A DNA stretch of 63,984 nt, counting the filler, from Blastocystis sp. subtype 4 (taxonomy: Eukaryota), in the NCBI RefSeq assembly GCF_000743755.1. It is 5 parts of 5 records of this genome, joined end to end, with 100 filler letters (N's around TTAATTAATTAA, not from the genome) between each part and the next. Parts side by side here need not be neighbours in the genome. Positions count along the whole stretch, not along the records: positions 42,319 to 56,254 come from NW_014569275.1; positions 56,355 to 63,984 come from NW_014569154.1; 3 more parts are not named here. One strand, written 5' to 3'. Below, piece by piece: positions 50,601-63,602 of the stretch (the first letter of the stretch is position 1; the number at the start of each line of letters is the position of its first letter). The position numbers were made by a program, and so were the translations under genes. Below the pieces are notes generated by a model that saw only the letters and a program-made list of their open reading frames with translations, was not told where the DNA came from and searched no databases.

Positions 50601-52461
50601 TGGCATCCATCTCCGATGGCAAGCACTCTTTCGTATCATGATCTTGAATCATTCCCAAAGCTTCTTCAGCTGTGTAAGACCATTCAGTCTTCTTCTTATG
50701 GAAACACATCCATTCCATCCAAGAAACGAAAATCGTCCAATATATTGGAACTCCAAAAATCCATTAATGTATTGGATTCCTGTTGTCTCTCTCCTAGGTT
50801 ATCATTGAACTCTCTGTTCATGCTTCTGATCTTGTTGTTACTGGAATGGAAAACTTACGTCGACTCATCTTCCAGTGGTCTGTCTGTGTTCTGTTCCTTC
50901 GTAATTATATTTGTGAGACTCTGACTGAGTTCAATCAGGAGCCAACAGAAGAACTCGTCACTCAATGCTCTCAGTGTAAGCGATGTAATGAATTTGCCAA
51001 GGATGACACAAATTCGCACTATATGAGTCATTCCATTAATGGTAACAATTTGTGTGATCATTGTAAATTGGATCGAATCCTGCAGATTTACGATTGTCTG
51101 TTATTCGATCGTAAATTGACTCAGGAAGGCGAGATAGAGACAGCAGGTCGTGTTGCTACTCCTAGTGTCACAATCTCTCTGATTCACATGCTTCGACGAA
51201 AGTGTTTGAAGTGTCTAAATCAGAGAGAGAAGGGTGAGAATGATTGACTGAGATGAGATTTAGATGACATTCAACACCTACTTGATGATCTTACTCAAGA
51301 AGCATTGGACATTCATACTGTGTGGAAGAACCAACACACTTATATTCTATGTTACGAAGAGCTACGACAATGTCAAAGTCGTCTTTATCTTGACGAGGAG
51401 TATCTATTTGAAGGAGTTACAGGTATTCGAACCGTGAAACAATCAGATCTTCCGTGGTTACTTCAGGACCAACAGTCTTCGTTACTAGGGTTTGAAAAGG
51501 CATACTCGTTTCATTTTAATGTTTGAATCACTGTCAGAAATGCACTAGCTCAATATCATTTCATTCAATCATCATCTTCTCAACGTATCGATTATACATC
51601 ACACACTTGTTCCATTTGTTATTCTCAACTTCAACCTCCCATTACCGTTCTCCCTTGTGGTCACATGTTCTGTACACAATGCTTCACAATGTATTCTACA
51701 ACACGTATAGAACAAGGATATGCAATTTCATGTCCCATTTGTACTCGACAAATAACCATCGAACAAGTGGGATGATGATCTGTTGTTGACTTTTAGGCTG
51801 TGATTGTTTCAGAAGAAGCCAATGATGGAAAGGTACCTGAACTCAAATGGGGGAGCAAAATGGGGAAGATTTTGGACATCATTCAATCGATCCTTAATGA
51901 TGCGAATGCGGATCCAGAAAGCAAGAAAATCCTTGTTTATAGTCAATGGGAGGATTCTCTGTACATTCTGGCTCATGTTCTGAAGTGAGTACATGATTGG
52001 TATTTGATCCTCAGAGAATCGAATATCCGATATCTAGTCATGAACAGGTCAAAGCACTATGAAAACACCTTCCAATTCCGAAATGATCCCAAGATCCCTG
52101 TATTTCTGATGCGACTTCAACAAGGAAACAATGGACTGGATTTGTCGGTGGCAACCCATGTCATTGTGATGGAACCTGTGTTATCTGCAAGTAGGCATGA
52201 TAATGTGTGTCTAAGGATAGCTGTGGAAGCTCAAGCTGTGAGTCGTGTGAAGCGAATCGGACAGAGGTTTGTGTCATATGTTCATTACGTACTGGTTGAT
52301 GGCACCATTGAGAGTCGGATGTAGTGATTCTGCTAATATTATGAAGTAGATTCGAGTTATTTGAGCGAAGAAAAGAACAGGAAGGGAATAAGCGAGGTTA
52401 TGGAGTGAAAGAAAGTGAAAGCATGTCAGGAAACGAATTACAGGCTTTATTGACAGAATAG
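47607..52461 (+). CDS. SHPRH: SHPRH-like SNF2 ATPase / PHD / RING E3 ligase
   Basis: YPHQQQAITWM, GGVLCDTMGLGKT, PHD cysteines, FWRVVLDEMH, WCVSGTP, LRQACCH, RING CSIC...CGHMFCTQC...CPIC, WGSK, LVYSQW, QAVSRVKRIGQ. Confidence 0.88.
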
Positions 52462-52603
52462 AAATTTGTTTGTTACGGTAAAGCTAATATGACAGTGTTT
52501 ACTGAAACCGGCGTGTCGGTTATATAGGAACTTTGATTGACCTTGATCTCATTCCTATTTACGAGTAATTAGTTTCTTCGGATTCTAGTGTACTCGAGTG
52601 ATT

Positions 52604-55600
52604 ATGGCACCTTTTTGGTCGAGACGGCCAATTGAAGACTTGCTTGACTGGAAAAAGGCCGATGATCAGATCCTTAGTATAAACGTTTCTATGGGAGCTT
52701 ATTGAATAGTTATTGGTACGATGGGGACGTATCCCACAAACAAGAAGAAGCATCAGAACAATATCGATGATTTGAGTCAGTTCTTATCTAAAAACTATAA
52801 GGAGAATTATATGATATTCAATTTCTCGTATCGCATTGTGTTGAGCAATTCACCTCTTAGGACTGAAAAGTACGAGAACCTATCTTTTATGAATCAAACT
52901 GTGAACTTTGATCTAGAGAATTACTCTCTGGATATGATTTTTCGCATTCTGTATTGTATTGACTACTGGAACCACAACCCGAAGCACTGTGGTATATTCA
53001 ATAGGATGGTGACAATTCATAGTTGTGTTACATGATGACGCCTTTTCTTTCATCTCTGAACTCGTCATGACATGTTATCGAATTCGTGAAACAGTATGTT
53101 TGTGTGTTATTTTTCATGTAGAATGGAAATCTGAAAGTATCGGTTCATGAACTCCTGGAACATTATATTTGTATGCGTTATCTGGATGCGGATCTTGATA
53201 CGATTCCTCCTTATCTGAGTCGTTTACTGAATGACTTCATGATATCATTGACAGTCGACAGTGAAAACGAGTTCAAGGGTCCCTACATTCTCACTCAGAT
53301 CATTTGTAATCAATTATTCAAATCAGATTACTCTGAATTCGAAGAGCCCCCTATCCTTGAGATTTATAAGGGAGATCGAAAGATTCATATGTCCTCTTGG
53401 GAACCAGATTCTGTGATCTGGAATGAGGAACAAGGTGTATTGGCTATCACAATGAATAAGATAATCTATGGTGATATGACGATGCTGTGCTATGAACAAC
53501 TCCAGCGAGGTGAGCGTCGTCTTCTTTTCCGTTATTGGATTCATACTGCCTTTCTACCAAAATCCAATGAAGACACTTCGTCTATTGGCTTGAGTACAGT
53601 AGGTTAGTGGAGTGTGATGACAACTAGCATATTTGCACTGTCTACAACAATAAGATTGAGATCATTGATCATTCTATCCAGGAGTGTATCCAACTGAATT
53701 ATAAGATGAAAGAGTGTGATAATCAAAGTATGATGTTTCAAGATGTGTCTTTCTTCCTCCGCGATGAAAAGGCCCGTGAGCAGGGCTTACAGGATCTCGT
53801 TCAACACCACAGTGTGGTAGTGAATGGAGGTCAATTTAAGAAGCTTCAAAATGCTTCTATTGACGAGAATGTTGTGAAGCTGGCTCTCCAACTATCTGTG
53901 AATGACACAAGCAAAGCATCTCTTCTGATTCGATCGGATATTCTCAACCCATTGAAGACGTTTGTTTATCTTCGTCCAAGTTGGAATTTGTGAATGTATT
54001 AATCCTAGGTGTTCTGGCAGAACCTATTGCCAAGATGATTCCTGGATCTCCCTCAAAAGAGGATCTCGAGATAACTCCTCAACCCAAACCTACTGAAAAT
54101 CTGTTCGGTGCTCCTTCAATTGACAGGAGGTTTATTACCTCAAGAGCTAATCAGCGCAGGTCATCAGTCGATACAAGTCAAGTTATCAGAGGAAGTACGA
54201 CTATTGCTTCATTGAATATTGATAAACTGCGACCTGAAGATATGGAGAATGTGGACATTAGTAACCTAGTGAATGTGGATATGAGTGCAACGATGGTTGC
54301 ACAACTTCCTTTGGATCTAGCAGGTGATATGGATATTTCTATGGAAGATTTGGAGGAAGCAGATCTGAAAGATGTCTGTGCTATTTGTATGCAAGATAAG
54401 GCAAGTGAGAAGCATCAGTTGGTTGAGTGTACTCGATGTAATAAGAAATATCACACTCGTTGTCTTGGTCTACCTCAGATTCCCTATACAGACTATGTAC
54501 CTGTTGAACGAAGGAAGCGTGAAGCTTATGTAGGAACAAATAGGTTCTTTCATGTGTAGATGAATGAACATTTCAAGAATTGGTTATGTCCATCTTGTCG
54601 TGATACCAAAGAAGCATCTGTTACTTCCCATTCACGATCATCAACAAGGCCTGGTTCACCGCTTTTGTCTCCTCGTCTTCGTCCTCCAACAACTCCAGAA
54701 CTCAAGCCATCTTTTCCACTAGTCCTCGAGTCATCACCAGAAAATGCTGACTCTTCGCAACGACGCGATTCTATTCCTGTTCTAGCACCTTCTCCTCCCA
54801 TCTCCCCGTTGATCCGTAAGCCAGCTGGAACAGATTTGTCTCATGGTGGTGTTCTTGTTGGTTCTTTGGAGTATGCTGCGATGGTTCACAATCTTCAGAA
54901 ACAAGAGCCGGTGAAAGTCACTACGCCTTATCTTGATCCAGATCTGGTTCCAATATATTCAGATACAGACTCTATTTCTTCAGGTGATGAGGTGGATGCA
55001 GAACAACATATGATGCCTTCAAGTGTGACTGGAATGAGGAATCGTCATATCAAAGCCACAAAGTTATCTGCATTTCTTCGCTCCTTATTGAATGTACAAA
55101 GTAATCAGGATGCTGGAGAGGTATTTGTGGATGAGGTAGTGAAACAGATAATGGCGAATCGTCATGCTACTGAGATGAATGTGGTGTGTCCTGTCCCTCT
55201 TTTCCTCTTACGGACCATGCTTCAGTCAGCTGCTCAGCAGCCCTCACTGATACCTGTTAACAAAGTGTCAGTAATCGGTGGAAAAGAAGTTGTGAGAATC
55301 GCAGATCATCCTCAGTTAAAGACATACTTCGATAGATTAGCAGCAGGAGAGTCAAAGGATACAATTCAAACCGATATGCAGGCTGAGGGATTAGTTGCAG
55401 AAATGTTAGATAAGAATCCTAATGATATGGTGTTATTGGAGGATTACTCGATCTCTTTTGTTCGTTCTGATCTTGCTTCTCAGCAGGTGAAGGAATTACA
55501 AACTCCCGTATCTGGTAGTCCAGTAAAAGTGAAGAGAAGCGAGCATCCTCAATTCCGAAAGTATTTTTTGATGCTGAAACGAAATATTCCTGAAGAAACC

Positions 55601-56254
55601 ATTGAGAAGTGTATGATCAAGGATGGTGTGGATGCAAAGTTTCTTCATCAACCAGATGATTTGTTGGATCTTCCAAGTGAAAGTGTACCTGTTATAGAGC
55701 ATCCGTTGGACGCTACAGAATCTGTTCCTTCGACTAGTAGTAGCATAATGATAAAACGCTGTGAGCATCCTGAGTTTGTGAAATACTTTACTATGTTGAA
55801 GAGAGGTATTCCTCTTCCTGCTGTGCGTCACTGTATGACCAAGGAAGGAAAGGATCCGGATTTGATTGATAAACCAGATGAGTTGGTTGCTGCTCCTCCA
55901 GGTTATACTATGAGTGCAACAGCAGAACCCAGAATTGAGGAAGAGAAGAAAGAAGAGGCTGTGTCATCGGGGAAGAGAGTTCCTTTGAAAGAACATCCTT
56001 TGTATTCTAAGTATTTCTTGATGCTGAAGCGAGGTCTTCCTGAAGTATCAGTTCGTCATGCAATGATGAAAGATGGTATTGATACTTCTATACTTGACAA
56101 AGATCCTGAAGAATTGATAGAGATCGAAGAATCTAAAGAAGTGTCTTCAGTGAAGAGAGTTCCTTTGAAAGAACATCCTTTGTATTCTAAGTATTTCACT
56201 ATGTTAAAACGAGGTCTTCCTGAGACTTCAGTTCGTCATGCAATGATGAAAGAT
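52604..56254 (+). CDS. PTEN-like + PTEN-C2 + PHD finger + HP..KYF.MLKRG.P repeat protein (likely formin N-terminus), 3' truncated
   Basis: YMIFNFS, LLFRYWIHTAFL (PTEN-C2), CAIC...LVECTRCNKKYHTRC...WLCPSC (PHD), five CCDC53-C-terminal-like repeats. Confidence 0.72.
55300..56254 (+). repeat. Coding repeat array (HPxYxKYFxMLKRGxP...MxKDG); last two units near-identical at a 180-nt period
   Basis: TCCTTTGAAAGAACATCCTTTGTATTCTAAGTATTTC at 55981 and 56161; contig breaks inside the array. Confidence 0.85.
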
Positions 56255-56354
56255 NNNNNNNNNNNNNNNNNNNNNNNNNNNNNNNNNNNNNNNNNNNNTT
56301 AATTAATTAANNNNNNNNNNNNNNNNNNNNNNNNNNNNNNNNNNNNNNNNNNNN
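56255..56354. other. Artificial contig-joining linker
   Basis: N/TTAATTAATTAA/N, 100 nt. Confidence 0.97.
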
Positions 56355-56459
56355 CGATATGCATTCAGTGGAATGGGAGGTAGTGGTCGTCCGATGCGTC
56401 GTTATGGAAGAGGAAATGGAATGACTGGAAGCAATAATGTTCCGATTGGAAGAAGATAG
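56355..56459 (+). CDS. 3' end of a Gly/Arg-rich protein (possibly Dbp2/DDX5-like helicase tail)
   Basis: ...GMGGSGRPMRRYGRGNGMTGSNNVPIGRR*; only the tail is visible. Confidence 0.35.
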   Translation, partial: RYAFSGMGGSGRPMRRYGRGNGMTGSNNVPIGRR

Positions 56460-56524
56460 TGTGTTTATTATAGCTGTTTGGTTTTATTGTTTGATTCATT
56501 GACCATTCGTATAACAAACACAGG

Positions 56525-57769
56525 AAGAATGAGAATAAGTCACATGAACGAAAGGATCATTGACAATTAATTCCAGTTCCTTCTGACTTTGCTTTAAAAT
56601 ATGAACAATCTTCTCCAATGCTTCTTCCTGATTCTCCAAAAACTATGAATCAGATTCTTATTGCAAATCTCACTTTCAGAATACTCTCAGCATTCTCCAT
56701 TTGTAAATGTTCTTCAGGAATCCGAATACCATGAGTATTCAATGCATTATAGATTGCTGACAAACGACTGCGCAAACCCGTCGTTTCATGAAGGAAAACA
56801 CAATACAATAATAATTCATAGGATATGCTGGAAGAGAGACCGATCTCTGCAATTGAGTCAATCGCTCAATGAATGATTCATTCGTTACAACGACTCGAGA
56901 ACGCGATAATTCCGATTCCATCTTTCCTAATACACGAATCATTTTTTCTTCTAAGATACGCTGTTTCGAATCACATTGACGGGCCATTCGATCACACTCA
57001 CCTGTTGAAACACGTATTTGAATAAGGGCATTATGAAGAATCTCCAGATTCTTCTCTACATTCTTCATTACTGCCTTCTGCTCTTCAATACGTGTCTTTA
57101 GTCCATCAAAACCATACACATAAACTGGAACCAGGTTCTATAGTCCATAAAATGTCATTTACTTACATCAGGATCAGGGTTCTCTTTCAAATACTTAGCG
57201 TAGAGCGATCGATTTCTGTCATCGCGGAGATATCTACATGTCAATACCAACTATGACTCCTACTCATCACGGATATCAGGAGGACAGAAATTAAACATAA
57301 CACAAGAGAATACACAGTCATCTTCCGAGTTTTTGCAGTCAAATCTATACTTCAGTACAATCCATCATCAAAACATATATTTATATGATTGAAGGAGAGA
57401 GGAAATAGGATTGGGAGCAGCCTGTTGTTGTCCCATACCAGCCATTCCAGGTTTCGCCTGATTATTCCATCCTGAACCGAACGGTGAAGTAGTTTGTGAT
57501 GAACCAAAGGTAGAATTTGTTGACGAGCCAAAGCCAGAGTTTGTTGATGAACCGAAAGTAGAACTAGTCGACGAACCAAAGCCAGAATTAGTTGACGAAC
57601 CAAAAGTTGAACTAGTCGATGAACCAAAGGTAGAATTTGTTGACGAACCAAAGCCAGAATTTGTTGATGAACCGAAAGTAGGAGTTGTTGAAGTACCAAA
57701 AGCAGGAGTCGTTGTTGCTGTCTTTCCCGTATTTCCAAACCCTGTAAACGAAAATCCTCCTGTGCTCAT
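56525..57769 (-). CDS. NUP54: FG nucleoporin, Nup54/Nup57-like
   Basis: FG repeats, NPDPD..VPVYVYGFDGLKTRIEEQ, coiled coil, FLENQEEALEKIVHILK; stop predicted as T56525+AA. Confidence 0.82.
56783..56826 (-). other. U12-type AT-AC intron, 44 nt
   Basis: 5' ATATCCTA, branch TTTCCTTCAT, 3' AAC; removal gives SLPA|TGLRSRLSAI, in frame with the last exons. Confidence 0.7.
57480..57700 (-). repeat. 24-nt-period FG repeat (STFGSSTN/SGFGSSTN)
   Basis: Tandem 8-aa units visible in DNA and translation. Confidence 0.9.
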
Positions 57770-57922
57770 CCTAAATGATTATCCAACAAGAGAATTAACT
57801 CTGTATTTGTGGAGAAATCGGTATTCAAAGAAATGCCCAAAAAATGGAGGATTCTCCTCTTTCCAAGAATCGATGATTCCCTTCATTCTCACAAAAGAGA
57901 GCTTTATCATATTCACTGAAGA

Positions 57923-59044
57923 ATGCCCAAAGAAGGTACGTGTGTGCTGAAGTTAGGAATGAACTAACATGGAGTAGAAGTCTTTGAAGCAAAGAACCAC
58001 CGTTACTATGAGGAAAAATTCCCCAAAGTGGATGCCGTTGTGATGGTGAAAGTGATGAAGTAGGAAGCTATTCATATTCACATAATCATAGGATCACAGA
58101 TATTGGTGTGTATGTCAGTCTTCTCGAGTACAACGGGATTCAGGGATTCATTCCTGCTTCTGAATTGTCTCGACGTCGTATTCGTTCAATTCCTAAACTT
58201 GTCCAGGTTGGGAAGATTGAACCAAGCGTTGTAACGCGTGTTGACGAGGAAAAGGGTACTATCGATTGCTTTGAAGTGGTCATTTCTAGGTTATGTTGAT
58301 CTCTCGAAGAGACGTGTGGCTGAAGACGACATGAAGATTGCTGATAAGAAATATCAAGAAGCCAAAAAAGTTCACAATATTGCAGGCATTCTTGCTAATC
58401 ACTGCCACATGGATATTGATGATGTCTACTTGAAGATTATTTGGCCTCTTGCTCACAAATATGACTCTGCCTATAATGCCTTCCTTCTTTCTGTATCGTA
58501 AGTGTCTATGATCGGACTGATTTCTAGTACTCCTGAAATCTTCAAGGAATTGGAAGTGGACGAGTCTGTATGCTCAGAGCTAACTTCACTGATTGCGACT
58601 CGAATGGCTCCCCAGGCCAAGAAAGTTCGTGCTGATATGGAAGTGACATGTTTCAGTATTCATGGAGTTGATGGCATTCGGGCTGCCATGGTAATAGTAA
58701 GGTTATGATATAATTGTAGAATGCAGCAGAGAAGGAAGGAACCGAGGAGATGCCAATCACGATCAGTCTGATTGCTCCTCCTTTGTATGTGATGACAACA
58801 AATGCTCTTCAGGAGAGTGAAGGAATTGCATTGCTGACGAGAGCCATTGAGAAGCTGAATGAGACAATCAAGGAATATGGAGGTAATTTAGTGGTTAAGA
58901 ATCAGGTGAGAATTGAGGGATGGTTTGTGATTGTAGCCTCGTGTAGCTCAGAAGCAAGAGGACGCTGACCTGGAAGGATTGATGAAGAAGATGGAGTTAG
59001 AGAACCAGGAAGTGGCTGCAGATGATGATGACGATGATGAGTAA
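57923..59044 (+). CDS. EIF2S1: Translation initiation factor eIF2 alpha
   Basis: [58 protein letters not shown]. Confidence 0.95.
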
Positions 59045-59127
59045 TCTATGTTTAGGGAGTGTGTTGTTTTGCTAGAAATATCACAATTCACAGAACAGTT
59101 GGAACAAACACACTCAGTAAAGTACAA

Positions 59128-60445
59128 TCACATCTTATTTAGCACTCTCCAGCCTCCTTCCTCCCATTCAGCACGACTAATCCACTGGTCAGGACGATCC
59201 GCAATGTACTTCGCAAAGATAGCTGCTCCTGTGAACACAGCATGTTTACGATTGGGCTGCGCCTGATCATTATTCCATTCCATCATTCCTCACAATCACA
59301 TTAATCGACTTGGCAATATGATTACTTCCTCCACGTAACACACGATCACAATACTGTTCACGAATATCCTTCTCGAGACGCGATGAAAGTCCTGGGAACA
59401 TTGAGGTTCCACCAGACAGTAGAATGTTCTTATAAAACTGGAAAGTCAAAAACCGGCCAAATTCCTACCACAGGACGCAGATCCACATCTGCCTTCTGAA
59501 TCGCATCGAAGACCATCTCTGACAAGCCTCCACACTCCATGCCAACAAGTTCAGGCCGGAAGAGAGCTTCTGTGGCCTCAAAACGTTCACTTCCCAGTCG
59601 TACAGTACGTCCATCTGGAAGCTGGTAATCCGTTACCAGAACGGTAGTCTCATCAGCAAGACGGATCTCCTTCTCATAGTTATAAGCCACATAGCATAGC
59701 TTCTCTTTCATTTCACGAACCACTTCAAAATCGGCTGTCGCGTTTAAGGCATAGCCACGCTGTTGCAGAAGTTGAAGCAAATGACGTGTTACATGACGTC
59801 CAGCAATATTCAGACGATGGGTGAGATGTTCTAAGAGGAAACCATCATACACACACATAACATGTGTCACACCATCACCACTATCTACTACTACTCCTGT
59901 TGAAGCACCACGAGAATATAATGTTAACATAGCTTGAGGTTTGCATTGAAGACCCCCGAATCCGAACTTTTCGAACATGATTTCGGCCATCTTCTTCCGA
60001 TTTTCCTTTGGATTTAACGGAGCTTCGGTCAACATGATGCGCATGTTGTCAGGATCGATGCGACCGCGACTATCTAACTTGATTCCCATCTTCTTTTCGA
60101 ATGTGTACTTCCAAAGCTCTTCCATATCGTCCCATCGGGTAATCACACCATTTTCAATGGGATACGTGATATTTAGTGCTCTCATGGACTCATTACACTC
60201 ATCTCCAACTAGCAAATCCTACATGTGAATGGATCCACGAAATACACAACACGAAGAGTAATATCCCCAACATAGTCCTCTTCGGCCCGTAACATAGGTC
60301 TTCCGATCAATGATGGAAATTGAATTCGTGGGACATTGTCTCCAGCGTACCCAGCTTTCACGATCTACAACTTATCACTTTTGTAAGTACAGCATACTCC
60401 AGTACCATTATCACAAACTACAATCTTATCAGAAAAAGGATACAT
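59128..60445 (-). CDS. ACTR2: Actin-related protein 2
   Basis: [77 protein letters not shown]. Confidence 0.93.
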
Positions 60446-60630
60446 CCTCCAGAATAATGAATGATCGTGAGTGAAGATAAGAGGAGTTACAAAATGGTTG
60501 GATACATTGGATTTATATTTTATTGATATTACTGTTATTAGAGCGACTCATTGGAATGACCATAGGTGATAGATTCAGGTGAATCGTTGATGTTCTAATA
60601 GGAATGCAATTTAAAGAAACAATTTCTAAA

Positions 60631-63602
60631 CTAATAGACATCTGAATAACGACATTTTGCCGGTCCTAGTTTACATGTACCCAATAATCTACTGATTCAA
60701 CAATACGAATCACCTACTGAGCAAAAGAAAGTGCATCAAAGGTTTCTTCATACTCCTGGAGAATTGAGTTCACATGGGTAAATGCAACAATCTTTCCTTT
60801 ATTAGAAAGTCTCTAGAAATGAGTGACCAACGACAGTAATACAGATAATATATTTGGAAGAGAGGATGGTTCGCATTTCTGCTCTTCTTGACAGTTCGCA
60901 CTTGCAAACAACAGTTCCAGAGCAGGAAGTAATCCAATTAAAGATTGTTGCTTTTGTGTGACAGTTTCCATCTCTCCACACACATCACAAAAATGAATCT
61001 GCCCAACACTTCGCTTGGAATCACAAATTCCTTCTACCGTCCTATCTATGATACTGCCCTTCTTTCCTCACAGAGTCACAATCACAGACACATCATCTTC
61101 ATCACGCTGACGTGCTGCCATTGCTAACACACTTGTCACATCCTCCTGTGTCTTCACTTGACGTCTCCGAATGTTTTGAATCTGTCCAGTATCCATTGAG
61201 AAGCGACCAATCTCCAGGAGATCTTCCACTTCTGGTTCCTCTGCAATGTAACTCTCACTTACACTCACGTCTTGATAATTCTGTGTCAGAATGCTGGAGG
61301 AGGAAATATTCTTAACAGCAACAGCAGAGAGAGAGAAGGAATATGTCTGTTGCAAAGAAGCCAGACGCTGTGTTTGAGCCATCAGAACCGAAATAGCTTG
61401 ATATACAAGAGATGATGGTTGATCACTAAACAGAAATTCCCGTTTCTTCTTCCCATTGGCTTTCACACCTAAATTAAGAATTGTCACAGTTCTACCATCC
61501 AAAGCAGCATAAGGATAATCAGCAATCACTTCAATCACTTCACCTTCACTCCATGTTCGATCAAACACATGATCCACCACACATAACGCTGATCGTTCAC
61601 TACTTGTACAAATACTCACGGCAGTTTCATCCGGAGTTACATCGGTAAGATAAGATCCTGAAACGCCCGGTGTATCCCAAATACAAACTTCGCTAAGAAC
61701 GTTGCCTTTCAGAGTCTGAATCTTATCACTCAGAATCCTTCTGGCTCGTTCACTTCGTTGTACTTTTTCTTCAAGAGACTGAAGATGTGTAGTCTGAAGG
61801 AGAAACTCCTCTTCAATACTCTGTGTTTGATTTAGTTCATTTTCAAGAGCAGAAACTGCTTCTTGAAGTTGCCGTATCCTCGTCTGACCACTCTCCTTAG
61901 TGCTGTTCTTCATATCAGTTACGGAATTGAAATCAGCTTCAAGAACAGTATGAGTGTGAGAGAGATCAGTATGTTGGGACTCGAGAGATTCTATTAGTCA
62001 TTCTCCTACTCGAGATGTACGCAATTTCTGATCAATCTCATATTTCTCCTTCATACGACCCTTACTGTCTTCATTCACTTTATCTTCCAAATCTTCACAA
62101 CGTACTGCTAATGCTTCTAGTTCTGTTGTGATCTTATCATTCCGATCATGCAACTCTGTAATGACTGAAGTCTGGATATTACTCCTTCTCTACTAACTTA
62201 CCACTTCCTTGTCCAATACTCCAATATGATCATTAGCTTCACTTATCTCAGCATCACCTTTCATCAAGATATCATTCCCCATCTCGGTCTCTTCTTCCAT
62301 TCTCTTCTTCTCCTCTTCAATCGTTTCAATTTGCTTTTGCTTCGCTTGGATCTCTTCTTCCATACTCTCCATTTCTGTTTTGAACTGTGACAATTCACAT
62401 TCCAACTTAGTCCTCTTCACTTCTGTATCAACTACCTTCTGATAGATTCCAGATTTCTCTGTCTCTGCTCGCTATCAATTATTCCATCCTCACTTTATCC
62501 ACCTCCACCTTCTTGTTGTAGAACTCATCATTCTCTGCTTTCTGTTTCACAAGTAATGACAAATCATTACTTGCTGCCAAAACACGATCGTTCACTGAAG
62601 TTAATTCTCCCTCTGCTTTCTCTAACTCCTTACAAAGCGTTTCACTACATGTAACTTCGGTTCAATCCATACATTTCTGCTTGTACTGCTACCAAATGAC
62701 AGTCAGCTGCCTCTGTTGTACTGTGCAGACTAGCGATTTCACTTTGAAGCTTCTGGATACTCCCATTCAATGTACTCAGTTGAGACTGGTGTTGAGATTC
62801 TACCAATGAGTCTCTTAAGGTAAGATCAACGAGAAGATTCCAGAGTTGCCTTCAATTCTTGGAGCTCCTGTTGATGGACAGTGATTGAAGTCTCCAAGTC
62901 CTTTTGATGCTTCTGATAATGCTCTTCAAGTACTGGAACACAGAATTCAAGCTGAGATTCTTCCATCTGGACTGATTGAGTTAAGGAAGCATGTTTCTCT
63001 TTGAGTTCATTCTCTTCCTTTTCCAAGTCCTCAAGCAGTAAGGAAACAGACTCAACTTCCTTCTTCAGTGCAGCTAGTTCAGACTCTTGTTTCTCACGAA
63101 GCGAATTGAATTCGGTTTTCTAAGTTCTTATGAATCGTTTCTACAGTTACCAATTTCTTCTTTTCCTCAATTTGCTGCTGAAGAGCACAACTATCCACTT
63201 GCAATTGACGCTTTTCGGTTTCTCCCTATTTTAATTACACCAAAATAATACCAATACCAAGTCTACGCTCTTCTTTAAGTCATCCAAGGAAGTGGACACT
63301 TCCATGAAATGTTTCTCTTCCTCTGTCTTTGCACACTGTAATTCATCTTCTAGTTGAAGAAGACTAGATACAAATCTAAAATCTTTACAGGATATTAAAG
63401 ATCAATACTGTTGCTTCTTTGTTGCAATGTCCAACAAAATTTGTTTGCTCGTCTTGGCGATATCCAATATTTCTTTATGATATGCTTGAAGCACGTTCCT
63501 TGACACTTTTGGCTTTCTGTTAAGAATATCCGCACATTCTCCTTGAATGTCGAATTCCTGTTTAGCAAGAATCCGAGACTTCAATTCAACAGGAGATGAC
63601 AT
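60631..63602 (-). CDS. Kinesin-14-like protein: long coiled coil plus a degenerate C-terminal motor domain
   Basis: Neck RRILSDKIQTLKGNV, DHVFD, AALDGRTVTI, EETFDALSFAQ..CKLG; P-loop and switch motifs altered. Confidence 0.75.

Noticed and set aside
51502..51531. Possible AT-AC intron in SHPRH
   Set aside because: A canonical 30-nt GT-AG intron (51508-51537) restores the same frame, and there are no U12 signals
60436..60445. Perfect GTATCCTTTT at the Arp2 start
   Set aside because: Reads through as coding [16 protein letters not shown]
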